DNA of 63,958 bases, the filler included, from Dimorphilus gyrociliatus (Eukaryota > Animalia > Annelida): the NCBI GenBank assembly GCA_904063045.1. It is 4 parts of 4 records of this genome, joined end to end, with 100 filler letters (N's around TTAATTAATTAA, not from the genome) between each part and the next. Parts side by side here need not be neighbours in the genome. Positions count along the whole stretch, not along the records: positions 18,938 to 47,224 come from CAJFCJ010000182.1; positions 47,325 to 57,599 come from CAJFCJ010000275.1; 2 more parts are not named here. One strand, given 5' to 3'. Numbering within the stretch: the first letter of the stretch is position 1; every line of letters begins with the position of its first letter. The notes beneath the pieces were generated by a model, which saw nothing but the letters and a program-made list of their open reading frames with translations, had not been told where the DNA came from and did not search any database. Made by a program: the position numbers and the translations under genes. Below, piece after piece: positions 37,871 through 51,388 of this stretch.

Positions 37871-38917
37871 AAGCTCCTAGGACTATGTTTGCGTAAGTTG
37901 GACTAAAGTTAACTTTAACAAAAACTTTAAAGAGCCATAGCTCCTATATTTTTTATCCGATTTTTTTAATCCACCAATTAGATGTTGTTAAATTGGTCAT
38001 TTACTTAAAAAAAACATACTTTTCCAACTTAAAATTAAATTTACACCTTGTTTTATTTGAATTTTTTAATTTCTTATATTTTTTCATATTCAGCTTAGAA
38101 AATCACATTATATTAATATATTCAAGCTTGGGGTCAGTTGCCAATGCACCTGTTAGCAAAATATTTTCAACCCTGAAAACATTTGGGGAAAGGGCTAGTT
38201 TGAATATTTGGATGAATTTATTGTTAGAGGGGCTCCAATTTAGGGTTATAGAATATAAAAAACACAGATATTACACTCAACTTCAGATATATTAAGGTAG
38301 GTTTCAACCCTCCATGTGCAAGTTTGCACCCCCACCCTTCAAGTTAGAATATAACAACAAAACCTTCAAAATATTAACATTTCAATTAACGATATCAATG
38401 TGTTTAAAGATCTAGTACACAAATTTTCATGAGCTTGGAAATTGAGTTATATTAATAAAAAACAGCAATTTTTTCAATTTTACAGCTCAAACACATATGG
38501 TTTAGTTCAAAATTTCGAAATTTTGAATTCAAATTATTGCTGTATACCTTGAAAACTTTTCAATTGTAAAGTTTCTTTTTTCAATATCTCTGCTTACAGC
38601 AGATGATAAGACTTTAATAAATTTTTAGCTAGAGAAATTCATACAACTTGGCATACTCGACTAAAAGGGAATACTGCCTGTAAGCCTGGAACACGTGAAA
38701 ATCTTGTGACTTATATGAATATATAGAAAATATCTTATATTTTATTACAAAGAGATGTACAATAAATACAGCAATAAGGGAGAAAAATACAATAAAATTA
38801 AATTAAAAGTTTTTAATAAAAGTATCATTTCAATAATTAAATTTTAAAAATATATTTTCTAAATATATAATAAATGTTGTTACAAGCTGGAAAAGAGTAA
38901 CAACACAGCAACAGAAA

Positions 38918-41900
38918 ATGTCTGGTCATATGAGTATTTTTGCAGTATTTGTTATATTTATTAATAGTTCACCTGTATCATTGAAATTGTGTGGATTGTC
39001 TAAAGAACAATTAAACATAAAAGCAGAGAGGGAAAGTGATTATAAATTTAAAATTGATCCAATTGAAGAAACTGATTTATATATATATGGAAGATTGCAA
39101 ATATATATGAAGCAGTTGAACAAAACATTCTTTCTAGATGTAGTACAAGGGCACTCTCTCTACTTTTCCTTCAGTTTATTATGTCAAAAAATGGGCTATG
39201 ATAACTATCTTTCTATGTCCCAAAGATGTGAAAATGGTTCAAGTTAGTAATAAGATAAAATAAATAACAACAACAACAACAAACAACAACAAAGATGACA
39301 TTGAACAGAAAATGTTTAAATGAAGTAGTGAGACTCCATTGATAACATTTTCTGTAGTATACCCAAAAAAAATTAACTATGTGATTTGTATAGATGAATT
39401 AAAAGAGAATAAACAAAATTTTTTTTTTTCAGTAAAACCAAATTATTTTCTCAAGAGTGAAAGATTCAAATCATTCAAAGTGTAAATTGAAATTTGAAAC
39501 ATTCTTCAAATACAATTTAATCTTATTTGTTATATTTCAGTTTTAAGTATTTAGATATAAATCAAGTTACAGCAACTGAGTACTGTTTGAGATGTTTTAG
39601 GGCTAAAATACCACCATGTAAGAAAGATAATTTAAATACAGCTATTGTATATTAATTATAATCTATTTAAATAACTCAAACAGACTTTTTTGCTCAAAGA
39701 CAAAAGGGACGTTATAGAATTTTCGCTAGACTAAGAAGTCGTACATATCCTATACGTCTCACTGATAGATCAATAAATAAAGACATTTGTAAAACGGTTA
39801 ATATTATCCGACCTGACCCTGGAGATTTTAAGTTTGTCTTTGGGGTTGAAGAGCATATAATTGTATCGTTGAATAATAATTATGGAGAAGGAGAAGATGT
39901 TGAAAATGCAAAATTATTCAAGTTTTTATTAGTGAGAGAGATATATAAATCAAGCGATATGGTTTATTGTGAAAAGAGTGATATTAAGGAGTTTTCTATT
40001 CGAAAGAATGTAAAGGATAATACTTTAAAGTATTTTAATTATCAAATTAATGATAGAGTGTTCAAAATACCAACCATTGCATCAATTACATACGGAAATA
40101 TACCATTAGCTTTCAATTACAGTAAAACAGTAGTTGGGGTCACACACCCACGCACACGCTTTATATACTCTTCTTCTTCTTTATAAATAGAAAATTTCAA
40201 GGTTACCAACGTATTCCCAAACATCTGTTGGTCTATAGGAAAAGTTCCAATACCCAGCAAGAGATATATTCATGTCTCTCCTTTTTCCTGGAAGGTCAGT
40301 TGAACTTACTCAAATATATATATTGTGATTAATACACACCAATTTCCTTTCTCAGTATTGGGATTGCCATAACATTTACAATTCATATTTTGTCTCTAAT
40401 AAAGCAATCATGGTATCCAATTGTAAACAAACAAACAACATCTTTTCCATCGCCGATTGTCAGCTTGAAGTAGGTGCAAATAATTTTTATATAACAACAA
40501 TTGATTGTCATCAAGATGAAAAGTTGAATGGTTTGTATCATTCATTTGTTTATTCAATTGTATTTTCTTTAACGATAAATCAATTATGTTAAAATATCCA
40601 ATCAGATGGGCACATTGCCTTATATAATGGCAGAGAATTTTATCATTTGCACCCCTTTGCCCATCTCAATAGGAAGAAGAACTACTCTCAATTTACTGGA
40701 ATTATACTTATTCACCTAAATAGACAATGGTTTCAAATATGTATTAGCTCTCTTACTTTACAAACAACTCAGTCTATATGCCAAAAACTGGGCTTTAAAG
40801 GCGGTTATACACAAACAAAAGTCAAAGATATTAGTGAAAATCTTTCAGCCTATAATTCAATTGGAATTAAATGCAAAAATACGTCCACATTCCACAAAAA
40901 TTGTACAACTTCCTGCAGAGCTATGACATTTTCAAAAGCCTCTAATTTCAAACTAGCCCAGTAGAGAGATATTTTTCAATTTCTCTTTGAAATATTTAAC
41001 TGAATCATCTGTTTTGTTTATAGAGGCCTATATACGCTTACAAAGGGATTTAAGTCAATTATTACCTGTTCCAATGGAAGAATGCCAGGTAAAAAGAAAA
41101 AAAAAATTCCACAAAAATGAAGAGGCGTCTAACATTTTTGCAGAATGTCCACAAGAAAATGGATATCAATTTGACAATGTTTGCTATTACGTGTTCAATT
41201 CTGAAACATCTGTATCATTTTTCGAAGCTGAGAAAATTTGCCGCAGCAAACACCTAAATATGATTGATGTAACAAATTCAAAAGAAATATACTATTCAAA
41301 TTTATTATTGAACATTAAGAGAGATTTTGATAAGAATTTTTTGAACTACTTTACTGATGATTCAATAATAACAAGTAAATGATTATAGAATATAAATAAC
41401 ACAGAACAAAACACCAATATTGAAGTTTTATTCAATTTTTAGAAAATATTAATATTAATAACTCAAGAAATAAACTGGTTACCGTCACATCAAAATGTCA
41501 ATTATGGAGTTATGCATCTTCATTCATACTCAACAATAACAAGTTGGCAAATATTTTTTGTTCAATAAAAAAATTTCATATTTTTAATATTTAAAAAAAA
41601 AATAAAACAAAACAATTAGAGATTTTTGCAAACAGTATTACAGTGATTTTGAAAATGGAAAAACTGTTAGTTACAATATAAAAGACAGATACTTTTGCTA
41701 TTCTTCTAAATATGAGCCAAATTTAATCATACTTGAGGACAAACCTACCAAATATATAATTAAAGAATGGAATTGTAATGATAGAATTACTAGAGCTGTC
41801 ATTTGCACTTCTTCACAGTTGAATTTCAATGGAACGAGTCTTGTTTTTAAATCATTTAAATATCAAAATTGGGGTAAACTATTAAAAAAGTCAGTGGAAA

Positions 41901-44900
41901 ATGACTGCTTTGGAAAGACATTCTTTTGTCAACTTTCAAAAGTTTGTATTAGTATCTCTGATGTTTGTGATGGACAGTCTGATTGTGAATTTTCTGAAGA
42001 TGAATTAGATTGTCAACAGAGGAAATATTTCAAATGTAAGAATGGTTTTGAGATGGTTAGTCAGCAATCAGTTTGTAATTTTATTAAGGATTGTCAAGAT
42101 GGATCTGATGAAAGTTATTGTGGTAAAATGGAAATAAAAAACAAAGTATTTCACATATTTTACTAAATTATTGCAAAAATTCTAGAAAAAACTCTTTGCC
42201 CACATGAAAGGTAGGTAATATGGACTAGAGAGGGAAGAAGGGAGAAGAGGAGAGAAAAGATAAATATTTATGTTTTCAGCTGTTCAAATGGACAGTGTAT
42301 ATCTAAAGAGAAAATATGTGATAGTGAAAGACACTGCTTTGATGAAAGTGATGAATTATTCTGCTTTTTAAATGAGACCAGTACTTGAAATCTAGTATTA
42401 TTTTATCAATTTTATCTATCTTTCAAAACTGTTTTTGTAGTTTGTCGTGGAGAAAATCAGTTTAAATGTAGTCGAAAATGTGCACACAATTCTTTAAAAT
42501 GTGATTTCAAAGTTCATTGCTCAGATCATGTAGATGAAGACTCAGAATGCTATAAATTCGGTTCAACAGCTATCCAATCAGATTGTTTGAAGAATTTTCC
42601 GTATTTTAATCAGAAAAAATGTTATGTTGAATTTAATTCTATTGGAGAATTATTAACAAAAGTTCATTATCCATTCAACAATTTACAAAATTGTTCATAT
42701 CAACTTGAATGCAAAACTGGATATTACAAGTGCAGAGATACTTTCTATTGCGTATCAATTGAGCAGATTTGTGACAATATTCCACATTGTACATTGGGTG
42801 ATGATGAAATGAATTGTGGTTAGAGAAAGATTTATAACTATATAGGATGATGGACAAAACGTCCACTATTTCTCATTTCTACCCAAACCATAACCCAACA
42901 ATGGATAAAGTAATTTCTCAATTTTTGGTCCTTTCCTTCAGCTTTGCTTTAAGATTGAGTGTACTTAATGAAATTGTATTTTTCCTAACCCAAGAAAAGC
43001 CCCAAATCTAACCCTCAGTGGACGTTTTGTCTCGACTCCTACCTATCCATCTATCTATATATATATACATATACTACTTTACAGATAATTTCCGTCCAAA
43101 AGGTTATTTCAAATGCAAAAATGAGTTGTATTATATTAACATTAGCAACATCTGTGATGGAATTATAAATTGTTTGAATGGCAATGATGAATTATTTTGT
43201 AAAGAATCTTTAAAATGTCCTAAAATGTGTAATTGCCAATTAAAGTATTCAATCAATTGTTCATTTAATGATAAAGATGGAATTGATAATTTAAATATTC
43301 AAGTGTTTGGCCACAAAAGCCTTTATATTAAAAATGTGAAAAATGTTATTCTACCGGCAGATGGCGTAGTTAGTTTAACTGTAATTGAAATGAATAGAGG
43401 ATTAATCAATGATTTTGAACAAATGCTAATTTTTCCAAATGCTTTCTATATTGATTTAGCATATAACAAGATAAAAATGATAAAAATGTCACAGAAATCA
43501 ACTGCATTCCGCCTTCTGCAATATTTAAATCTTAAACATAATCCATTAAAAACTCTAAATGACAAGAATTTATATTTTCCAAATTTACTCTATTTAGACA
43601 TCTCCAACACTAGAATAAAAGTACTCAATGTCAATTTTTTCAATGCTTTCAATTCGCTGGAAATTTTTAAAATGTCTAATTGTAAAATAGACATTATTGG
43701 CTCAATGCCAAAATTAACATTGATGAACAAGTTGTACGAAATTCATTTAAATAATACTGAAATTTCACCAGAACTGATAACATTAGATTTTGTTTTTAAA
43801 ATTCAAAATGCTAAAAGAGTTTACAGTGAAATATTTAAATTATGTTGTTTGATGAAAGAAGTTGGTAAAGATTTAAAGATTTGCCTTCCAAAAAAAATTG
43901 GAATGAACTCTTGCGGAAATTTATTTCCAACAGCAATTATTAGGATATTGTTTTGGTGTTCTGCAACATTTTGCATTATTGGAAATGTATGCTCCATTTT
44001 CTTACATTGCAGAAAGAATTCAAAAGGAAAACAACTATTCTATATTTGTTTGTCATTTGGAGATTTATTTACTGGAGTGTACATCATATTTTTAGGAATT
44101 GCTGATTGGTTTTTTGGAAATATGTACTTGGAGAAAGATTTCTTTTGGAGAAACAGTATTTACTGCAAACTTTTGGGAATATTGATTATATTTTCAATAA
44201 TGTTTTCAACATCAAACCTCTTGATAATTGCAGTTGAAAGATATATTGTCATTCTTAATCCATTCACAACTTTTAGAATTAGGAGTAAATTTCTTGTTGT
44301 TTTGTCAGAAGCTATTTTCTGTATAGCAATAGCAATCTTACCAATCATTCTATTCAATGTAGTCACTTTTTGTCATCATCATCACCATTATCATTCTCTT
44401 CTTTTTTAAATAGGGCTATTTTGCAACTTCATCAATTTGTTACTCAATTCACATAAGAAGTTCAAAAGTTACTGGATGGCTTTACTCCTTTTTAGTTTTT
44501 GGAGTTTTAATGTCAATTGCTTGCAGTTTAAATGTAGCTATCTATACTTTTATTATAAAACTTATCCTGAGTTCAAAGAATCTTTTAAACGCTGATGCGT
44601 ATGAGAAACGCATTCGAAGTATATTCCAAAATATTTTACTTATAACTGTGACAAATATTCTTAGTTGGTTTCCAGTTGCAATTATGGGTTAGTTGCAAAA
44701 AATCATTTCTTTTGATATTCTATTTTTAGACAAATTTCACTCTCTCTTTCTCATTGAACTTTTTTCTTCTTTAGGTGTTTTATCTACAGTTTTGAAGATT
44801 ACAATCAGTAATAGTGCATTCATCACAATTATTGCAGTTTCTATACCTTTAAATCCATCTTTAAATCCTTTTATATTTTGCGTTGGTGAACTTGGAAGAT

Positions 44901-44941
44901 TGTTTGCTTTGAATAAGGCCATCAACAAGAAAAGAATGTAA
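38918..44941 (+). CDS. GRL101-like (type C) leucine-rich-repeat GPCR with SRCR-like, C-type lectin and six LDLa domains (multi-exon)
   Basis: Signal peptide MSGHMSIFAVFVIFINSS; SRCR-like GRLQIY...LCQKMGY and WFQIC...ICQKLGF; CTL CPQENGYQFDNVCYYVF...AEKIC; six LDLa repeats (41905-43200); LRRNT CPKMCNC plus LRRs; hinge CC...IC.P....SCGNL; 7TM with LSFGDLFTGVY, IAVERY, SWFP and PLNPSLNPFIF. The exon structure of the 5' part is approximate. Confidence 0.85.
42853..43031. mobile_element. Small intronic MITE-like element
   Basis: Perfect 15-bp inverted repeat GACAAAACGTCCACT (42853-42867) / AGTGGACGTTTTGTC (43017-43031), with internal TAACCC-like motifs. Confidence 0.6.
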
Positions 44942-45329
44942 ATATTAGAGAGAGAGAGAGAGAAAAAAAAGGGAAGAAAATGATGGAAATGAAAAGTTTG
45001 ATAGAAAAAAGTTTTATTTGATTGCAAAATTTTTATAGACAACACAAAAATATTTTTTGCTAACATCTTTCTATCAGGCCTGGGGTGGTGGTAGGAGAAA
45101 ATTCCCTTATGACATTTCTCTTTAAGTAGAAGTGATATGAGGATTGATTCATTTATATATTTTTAGTTAATACTGTTAATTATATTCATATCTTGTCATT
45201 TTAAAAAGAATTTGCCCAGGGGTGTTTTTGAAAAAGTCTACAGCAAAAACTTTCCATCAAGTGTCCAGTACTTACTCCTCCTGTTGGTCAAGCTACCTGG
45301 TACTTTTTTTGTAACCTCCTTTTCCTCCT

Positions 45330-45800
45330 CAGTAGATTGTATATATATTAGGGTTACCCTGAAAGTTGTACCTGTTTGTGTCGTACAGCTAAAAAGAAAA
45401 AAATTACATAATTTGTTTAGTCTGATGGCGCCAGGTCTGGGCTGTAGGTTGGATGAGACAAGACTACCCATCCAGCTGTTCTAAGATATTGAGTAGTTTG
45501 TAAGCTTGTATGAGATCTTGTAATAAATGCACCTCTTTACAAGGCCTGATTTTATTTATTCTTTGTTTTAATCTCTTTAAAATGCTGATGTAAATCTCTG
45601 AATTCATTCTGACTTGCAAACTTAAAAATTCTAGGTGAATAAGCCCGTCCCTGTCCCAAAATACACATGCCATCATTTTGTCTGGAGACTTACCTGTCTT
45701 AACTTTTTTTGGTGGTAGAGAAAACTTTGTATGATACTCTAAAGAAGCTCTTTTAGTCAATGGTTCATGATAAAATACCAATGTTCCCAAAAAAGTTTTT
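45330..45800 (-). mobile_element. mariner (DD34D-type) transposase relic
   Basis: Reads FYHEPLTKRAS, PPKKVKT.KSPDKMMACVFWD..G, NSEIYISILKRL and GWVVLSHPTYSPDLAPSD. Confidence 0.9.
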
Positions 45801-47224
45801 TAGTGATAGTGAATTAATGAATTCACTTTCTATTAAAAATGTTAACATAGGCCTACAATGCATTATTTTAAAATTACAGGGAAACAAGCAAAACTTTCAT
45901 GGTGACCAAAATATATATACTGTACAACTGGACTCCATATCCAGCTAACTATAAAATCTAAGTTGTTGGATGAAATTTTTCATAAAAAACCTTGTAGAGA
46001 AAAATTACAAGATATGAACAAAGTAATAGTATTCAATCAATCAATCAATAATTTCTATATAATTCTATTTAGACAAAAATATCACAGGGTAATTTTCTCC
46101 ATAATTTAACTGCTGTTTTTTCTCCTATCTAATTAATATATTATCTTTTCTTTTTAAAGAGAAGAGGATGTCAAGCCAGAAATTCTGAATATTTTCTTTA
46201 AAAGTTAATAATAAGAGAATATTTTAGGTTCATGTGCCAAAAATCTTTAGAAAATGATATTAAAGGTTTATTGAACAAAAACAAAGATTGGTACCAAAAA
46301 CAGAGGGGTTTACCCTAACCCTAACCCCTTCAATTTCTACCCATAACCCGAAATAGATAATCAATATGGCATTGGTCAAACCATTTGTACTAATTAATCA
46401 TTTTTAAATGATGATTCCTCTCAGTGCAGCAACTATGCTATCTTCCTAATTTACATGCTTAGTGTAGAAGCTTAGTTTAACTTGATGTAATTTTTCAACC
46501 CTTGAATGAAAGATTACGAAAAACTGGGCAACTCTTTGAAAGGAAGAAAGTAGGGGAAGCTATCATCATTTGGGAAAAAACTTGTTCAATACTTTACAAC
46601 TAGGATCATTTTCTGAAGAATTTTGGAGTGAACTTTATATCCAACAGGAATTTTTGTGTAATGGGGTATTTTTTTTAGCATTACAATAATCCCCTTGTTA
46701 CACTAAATTCTACTGATATATTTGTATAATTCACAATATTTCTCTCTTCTTCTATCTTTCTCTAGAAGTAATTTCATTTACAAGTCCATTAGTTCATACT
46801 GAAGATTGTGATTGCAAGTATAGATCAACATCTTGTTTAAACATAGACAAAAAATTCTTTAAAAGTGGCAATTATTGGCAATGCATAAATAATATAAGCC
46901 AAGCTGTTTGGTTTTGCCATCAAAATGGTATTGTTTTAAATGGAAATATTAATTTTCAAGCCATTAATGTGAAATTTGAGAATGTTTGTATTTATTAAAG
47001 AATTTAATTTATCACATTTTTATCCTCAAAATTTCTGATTAGAAAGTTGAAAAGTGTAAGAAAGAGATAAAAGTAATTGGCTATTTTCTTAATCTAACAT
47101 CAATTTCAATGCACAATTACGAATTGGAACGATTAGACATTAAAGCGTTTGGAGTATTTGTAAAAAATATTTTAAAAAAGAGAGCTACTTTAATACATTA
47201 ACAGTGAAAAATAATCTATTATTA

Positions 47225-47324
47225 NNNNNNNNNNNNNNNNNNNNNNNNNNNNNNNNNNNNNNNNNNNNTTAATTAATTAANNNNNNNNNNNNNNNNNNNN
47301 NNNNNNNNNNNNNNNNNNNNNNNN
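47225..47324. other. Artificial contig spacer
   Basis: N44-TTAATTAATTAA-N44. Confidence 0.98.
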
Positions 47325-48737
47325 AATCTCTTTTTCTCCGTCTAGTTTACTTATGTATTCATCCAATCCTATCTTCTTTCCTTCACTTCTGTTACTCTCG
47401 TATCTTAAAAACCTAGCATACTTCTTTGAATTTCCTTGGTCATCATCTCTCACTGCTAACTTAATTGAGTTTCCAAATTCTTTACTGAACTCTTCAAATT
47501 GACTTTCATCCATTTCTGTAACCATTTCAAGTGTTTTCTTAGCTACTATCTTTTTAATTAGTTTGTAAGTTTTTTGTCCTTGGATGACTTCTCTACTAAT
47601 GTTGATAGGAAGGTCTGGGAAGTGTACAACACCTGTAACGAACACCCAGTCTGGTAGACAATCTCCTAATTTATCAGTTACGAATACATTTTGACAGTAA
47701 AGTTTTATGTTATTCTTCTTTGGTTTGTCTGAAAATAAATTAGCACGATTCTTCTTTGGACAGAAAATTAAAATATCAAAGTTTATTGTACCTTCTAGAG
47801 ATGAATGTTTAAGTGTTAAGAAGTCTTGCCAATCGTTAGATATTGTTTTGTAGAAGTCGACGTACTCCTTTTTAGAGATTGAGTCTGGTTTTCTACCCCA
47901 GAGTGGTTTGTCTTTGTTTAAGTGAGTCATTTTTTGTACTCTTTCTTTAGTTTCTTCTTTTTTTTCTTGTTCTTCTACTTTATTAACGTTTTCTTCTTTA
48001 GTTTCTTTATCTTCTGTGACTTCTTCTACTTTATTTTCTACTTCATTCTCTTTAGCTTCACCTTCATTTTGTACTACTTCCTCGTACTCTCTTAAATAAA
48101 TTGGATAAGCTATAAAAAGTGAATTTTCTTTTATAATTTTTTTCAATTCTTCACTTTTGGCTATCCACTTGTGCTTCTCTGCCAACTTCAGTACAACTTT
48201 GGTTCCATGGTTGAACTCTGCTTCCTCACTCTCATAAACTGAGTACTCGTCTTCCCCAGCTATGCTTTCCCAACAGATGGCTTTCCCTTCCGCACTTTTC
48301 GTGACAACAAGTACTTCCTCTGCTATCAAATATGCTGAATAAAATCCAACTCCAAACTGTCCTATCAAGTTGTTAGACTGTGCTTTCTCGTCCAGCAACG
48401 TTTTAAAAGCTTGTGTACCAGAGCTTGCTATAGTTCCTAGGAAGTCGTCTAGCTCTTTCTCGGTCATACCAACACCATTATCTTGTATAATTAAATGTGT
48501 TGGGTTGTCAAATGGTTCTGCCTTTACCGTGATTTTGAGGTCTGCTATATCGTCAAGCTTGGCATTCTTTGACTTTAAGTCGTTGTAGTTGTGCTTCAGT
48601 TTGTCTAGAGCGTCACTTGCATTGGAAATTAACTCGCGGATGGCAAACTCCTTCTTTGTATAGACAGAGTTGACTAGGAGGGAGAGAATGTTATTCACTT
48701 TTGCGTTTAGTTTGGTTACTCTTTTTTGGGATGTCAT
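47325..48737 (-). CDS. HSP90: Cytosolic heat shock protein 90, N-terminal and middle domains (truncated by contig end)
   Basis: Motifs IRELISNASDALDK, DNGVGMT, LGTIASSGT, IGQFGVGFYSAYL, NKDKPLW and DLPINISRE. Intronless and divergent; CCC immediately before the ATG. Confidence 0.97.
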
Positions 48738-48740
48738 GGG
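48738..48740 (-). promoter_or_regulatory. Microsporidian CCC motif immediately upstream of the start codon
   Basis: AT-rich run then CAACCC-ATG for Hsp90. Same pattern at 59007-59010 (AACCCC-ATG) and 52863-52865 (CACCC-ATG, minus strand). Confidence 0.65.
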
Positions 48741-50639
48741 TTGAAAAAAAATTTTAAAATTTATAAAAGAAAAGAATTCTAGAAAATTCCAAACACATTT
48801 CTTTTTATAATAAATTAGTATAGATTTTATATTGTATATTGTTTTTATATTGTTTTTATAATAAATTGGTATATTATAATAATTTATATTAATTTTATAT
48901 TGTATATTGTATATTTAATAATCAATTAAAACTGTCTATTTTAAAAGATCAATAAATCTTTTCTATTTAGAAATCTATTCTTTTTTAATTAAATAAATAA
49001 ATTATAAATCAAGTATTGTATATTAAATTTACTCTCCTTTTTTTTATATACTATTTAATATACTATTATATATTAAAATTATATACTATTTAATAATTCT
49101 TTAATAATTGCTGAATGTTTTATGGTTTTCATAAATTTATATATTTACTATTTTTCTAAAATTTACTATTTTAAAGAAATTCTTAGAATATTTTTAATTC
49201 TTATTTTTATAAAAATATTCTGATTTCTTTCTTTATATAGTAAAATATGAAATGATCTTATTTCTATAAAAAACATTTAATTTACAATTAATTTGATTTT
49301 TCAATCTCTTTATATAGTAAATGTATTAATCTTTTTGAACGTATTATAGGATTTTTAGATACAATGATTAATATATTGGAAGAATCGATGATTAATATAT
49401 TTGAAACTCTTTATATAGTAAAGTGTATTAATTTCTTCTTGATCGTATTATTATTATTATTAATATATTTGAAACTGGAGATATTGAAATATCGATGAAG
49501 AGTTTTTGTTTAATAAAATAATAGAATTATTGAATTTTCCATTTTATAAAAAGTTTATTAAGTCTAATTACTTCTCTTGTGTTGTATACAAAAATATTAT
49601 AAATTCAGAAGACTCTAAAGTATAATTAAGTTGTGATAATTTTAAGATAAATGTATGGAGGGACTAAAAACTTTGATTTAGATTGTTCTTTTTTATATTT
49701 CATCACTAATTGGAGATAAGAGTGACTTTCATGAAATATTAAAACAGACTGATTTAAAGTTTAAACCTGATTATATAAAAGGATTTAAGACGAAAGATTT
49801 AGCAATTGTTGTTGATAATCGTACAAAGGTATTAATAAGGTGGTATTTAAATGCTTTAGTAATAATAAGAACTATTTCTAATAAAGAAAATTTTTTTATA
49901 GAGAAAAGAAAAGACATTGGAGATTTTGGATATAATTTTGGATATGATTTTAAATATTAATAATTAACTTTTACAAATAGAATATCAAAGTATAAGTTTG
50001 ATCTAAAATAAGACAAGCGTTATTAAAGATTAAGCTAAACTCTTATACTTCTAAATAAGCTAAATACAAATTATTTAAGCTTTTTTGATCGAACCAATTA
50101 CCTGAAAATAAGAGTTTAGAAAAGTTACTACGCATTTATTCTATAAGACAGTTATTAATACCAAATAATATTTATTGATTCTATTAAACTAATTTAATAA
50201 GAATACATGAAGTGTGATTATGTTTTTACTTTTAAGTTAATTTTAATATCTATTTTTTATACTAAAACTAATAATTTATTTTCTTATTTCATCAATAGTT
50301 ATAAAAAGTCTTTAAGTTTTACATTTTTATATATCAAAATTACTACAAAATCTGTGTTTTTTATTATTTAACACCTTTTTTTAGACCCTTTATTGTGTAT
50401 AACTTTGTTGTACCAATTTATAGGGAAATTAGAAACCTTTTAATATTGAAAGTTTAATAATAGAAACAGTTAAAGAAAATAGAAACAGTTAAAGAAAGGG
50501 ACAACATTGCTTCTTACTTGTTATTAGAGTGTGTTCAATCTTTTAATAATAGGTTACTGACGAACTCCTTTTTTAAAAAACGAGACATTTGAGTTATTTA
50601 AATTTTTGATAGTAAAAACAAAGAAAGAAAGGAAATCAT

Positions 50640-51340
50640 ATTTATTTTAAATTAAAAAAAGGAGAATATATTAAAAACAGTTCATAGGAATGGACATTCT
50701 GGTATCTTTTCAATGAGATTAGTAAATCATATTAAGGTATAAAACAGCTGATATATTAACATTCGTTTCTTTTTATTATACATATCAATGTAGCACTAAG
50801 ATGATTTACCTCGTCAGTTGGACAGCATATAACGCTAGACCTCTTTTATTCGTTTATATATAGAAGAGAAAAAGAAAATTTAAGATATTTTTTAATCTGT
50901 CAGAACATTTAGTAAGTTCGCCTTCTCATATTCAACGAAGGATAAAACAGTAGAAACATTTTCAGGAATATTAGAAAGGCTTTTTTATGAAGAAGGTGAA
51001 TTTTATTTTATAGACACCGATAATGAAAAGAGTGTTTGTAAATTCTTAAGCAGATTTGATACATGGAACCCCCTTAGGATAAGTATAAAGGTTCAATAGA
51101 AGCATTAAGACTAAAATAAGAATACTTATTTAATAGAAAAGCAATAGGTGGATCAATAACTTAGATATATTAATATAATAATTTTCAACATAGAGCTATC
51201 AAGCATACACTTTTTTATATATATAAAGGTACTACAAATAATCTTACTAACTTAAAAAAGAAAATATTATAAAAATTAATAAAATTAGAGTTAAATTATT
51301 AATTATGCTAGAATAAATAAATTTCAGCTGGTTATAGACA
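50640..51340 (+). mobile_element. Heavily degraded Ginger-like integrase relic
   Basis: Reads GHSGIFSM and FSKFAFSYSTKDKTVETFSGILERLFYEEG, with many stops; directly adjacent to the young copy. Confidence 0.7.
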
Positions 51341-51388
51341 ATTACAAGCTTTTATTCAAAGATTTCGTTAAGACCAGAAGACATTTAT

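Noticed and set aside
39671-40186. Met-less 171-codon open frame with an Arg-rich start, resembling a viral capsid fragment
   Set aside because: KGRYRIF...DICK parallels the SRCR-like GRLQIY...LLCQK exon of the surrounding LGR gene on the same strand; it is more simply a host exon.
46300-46335. TTAGGG-like repeats (also 18938-18950) as telomeres
   Set aside because: Only 2-3 imperfect units, internal, with no array.
49230-50500. Imperfect short repeats (TTATATAGTAAA x3; 19-bp TAGAAACAGTTAAAGAAA tandem), also the ACTTCAGCTGACTAAAAA duplication at ~53908-53958
   Set aside because: Low-complexity AT-rich intergenic duplications with no supportable function.
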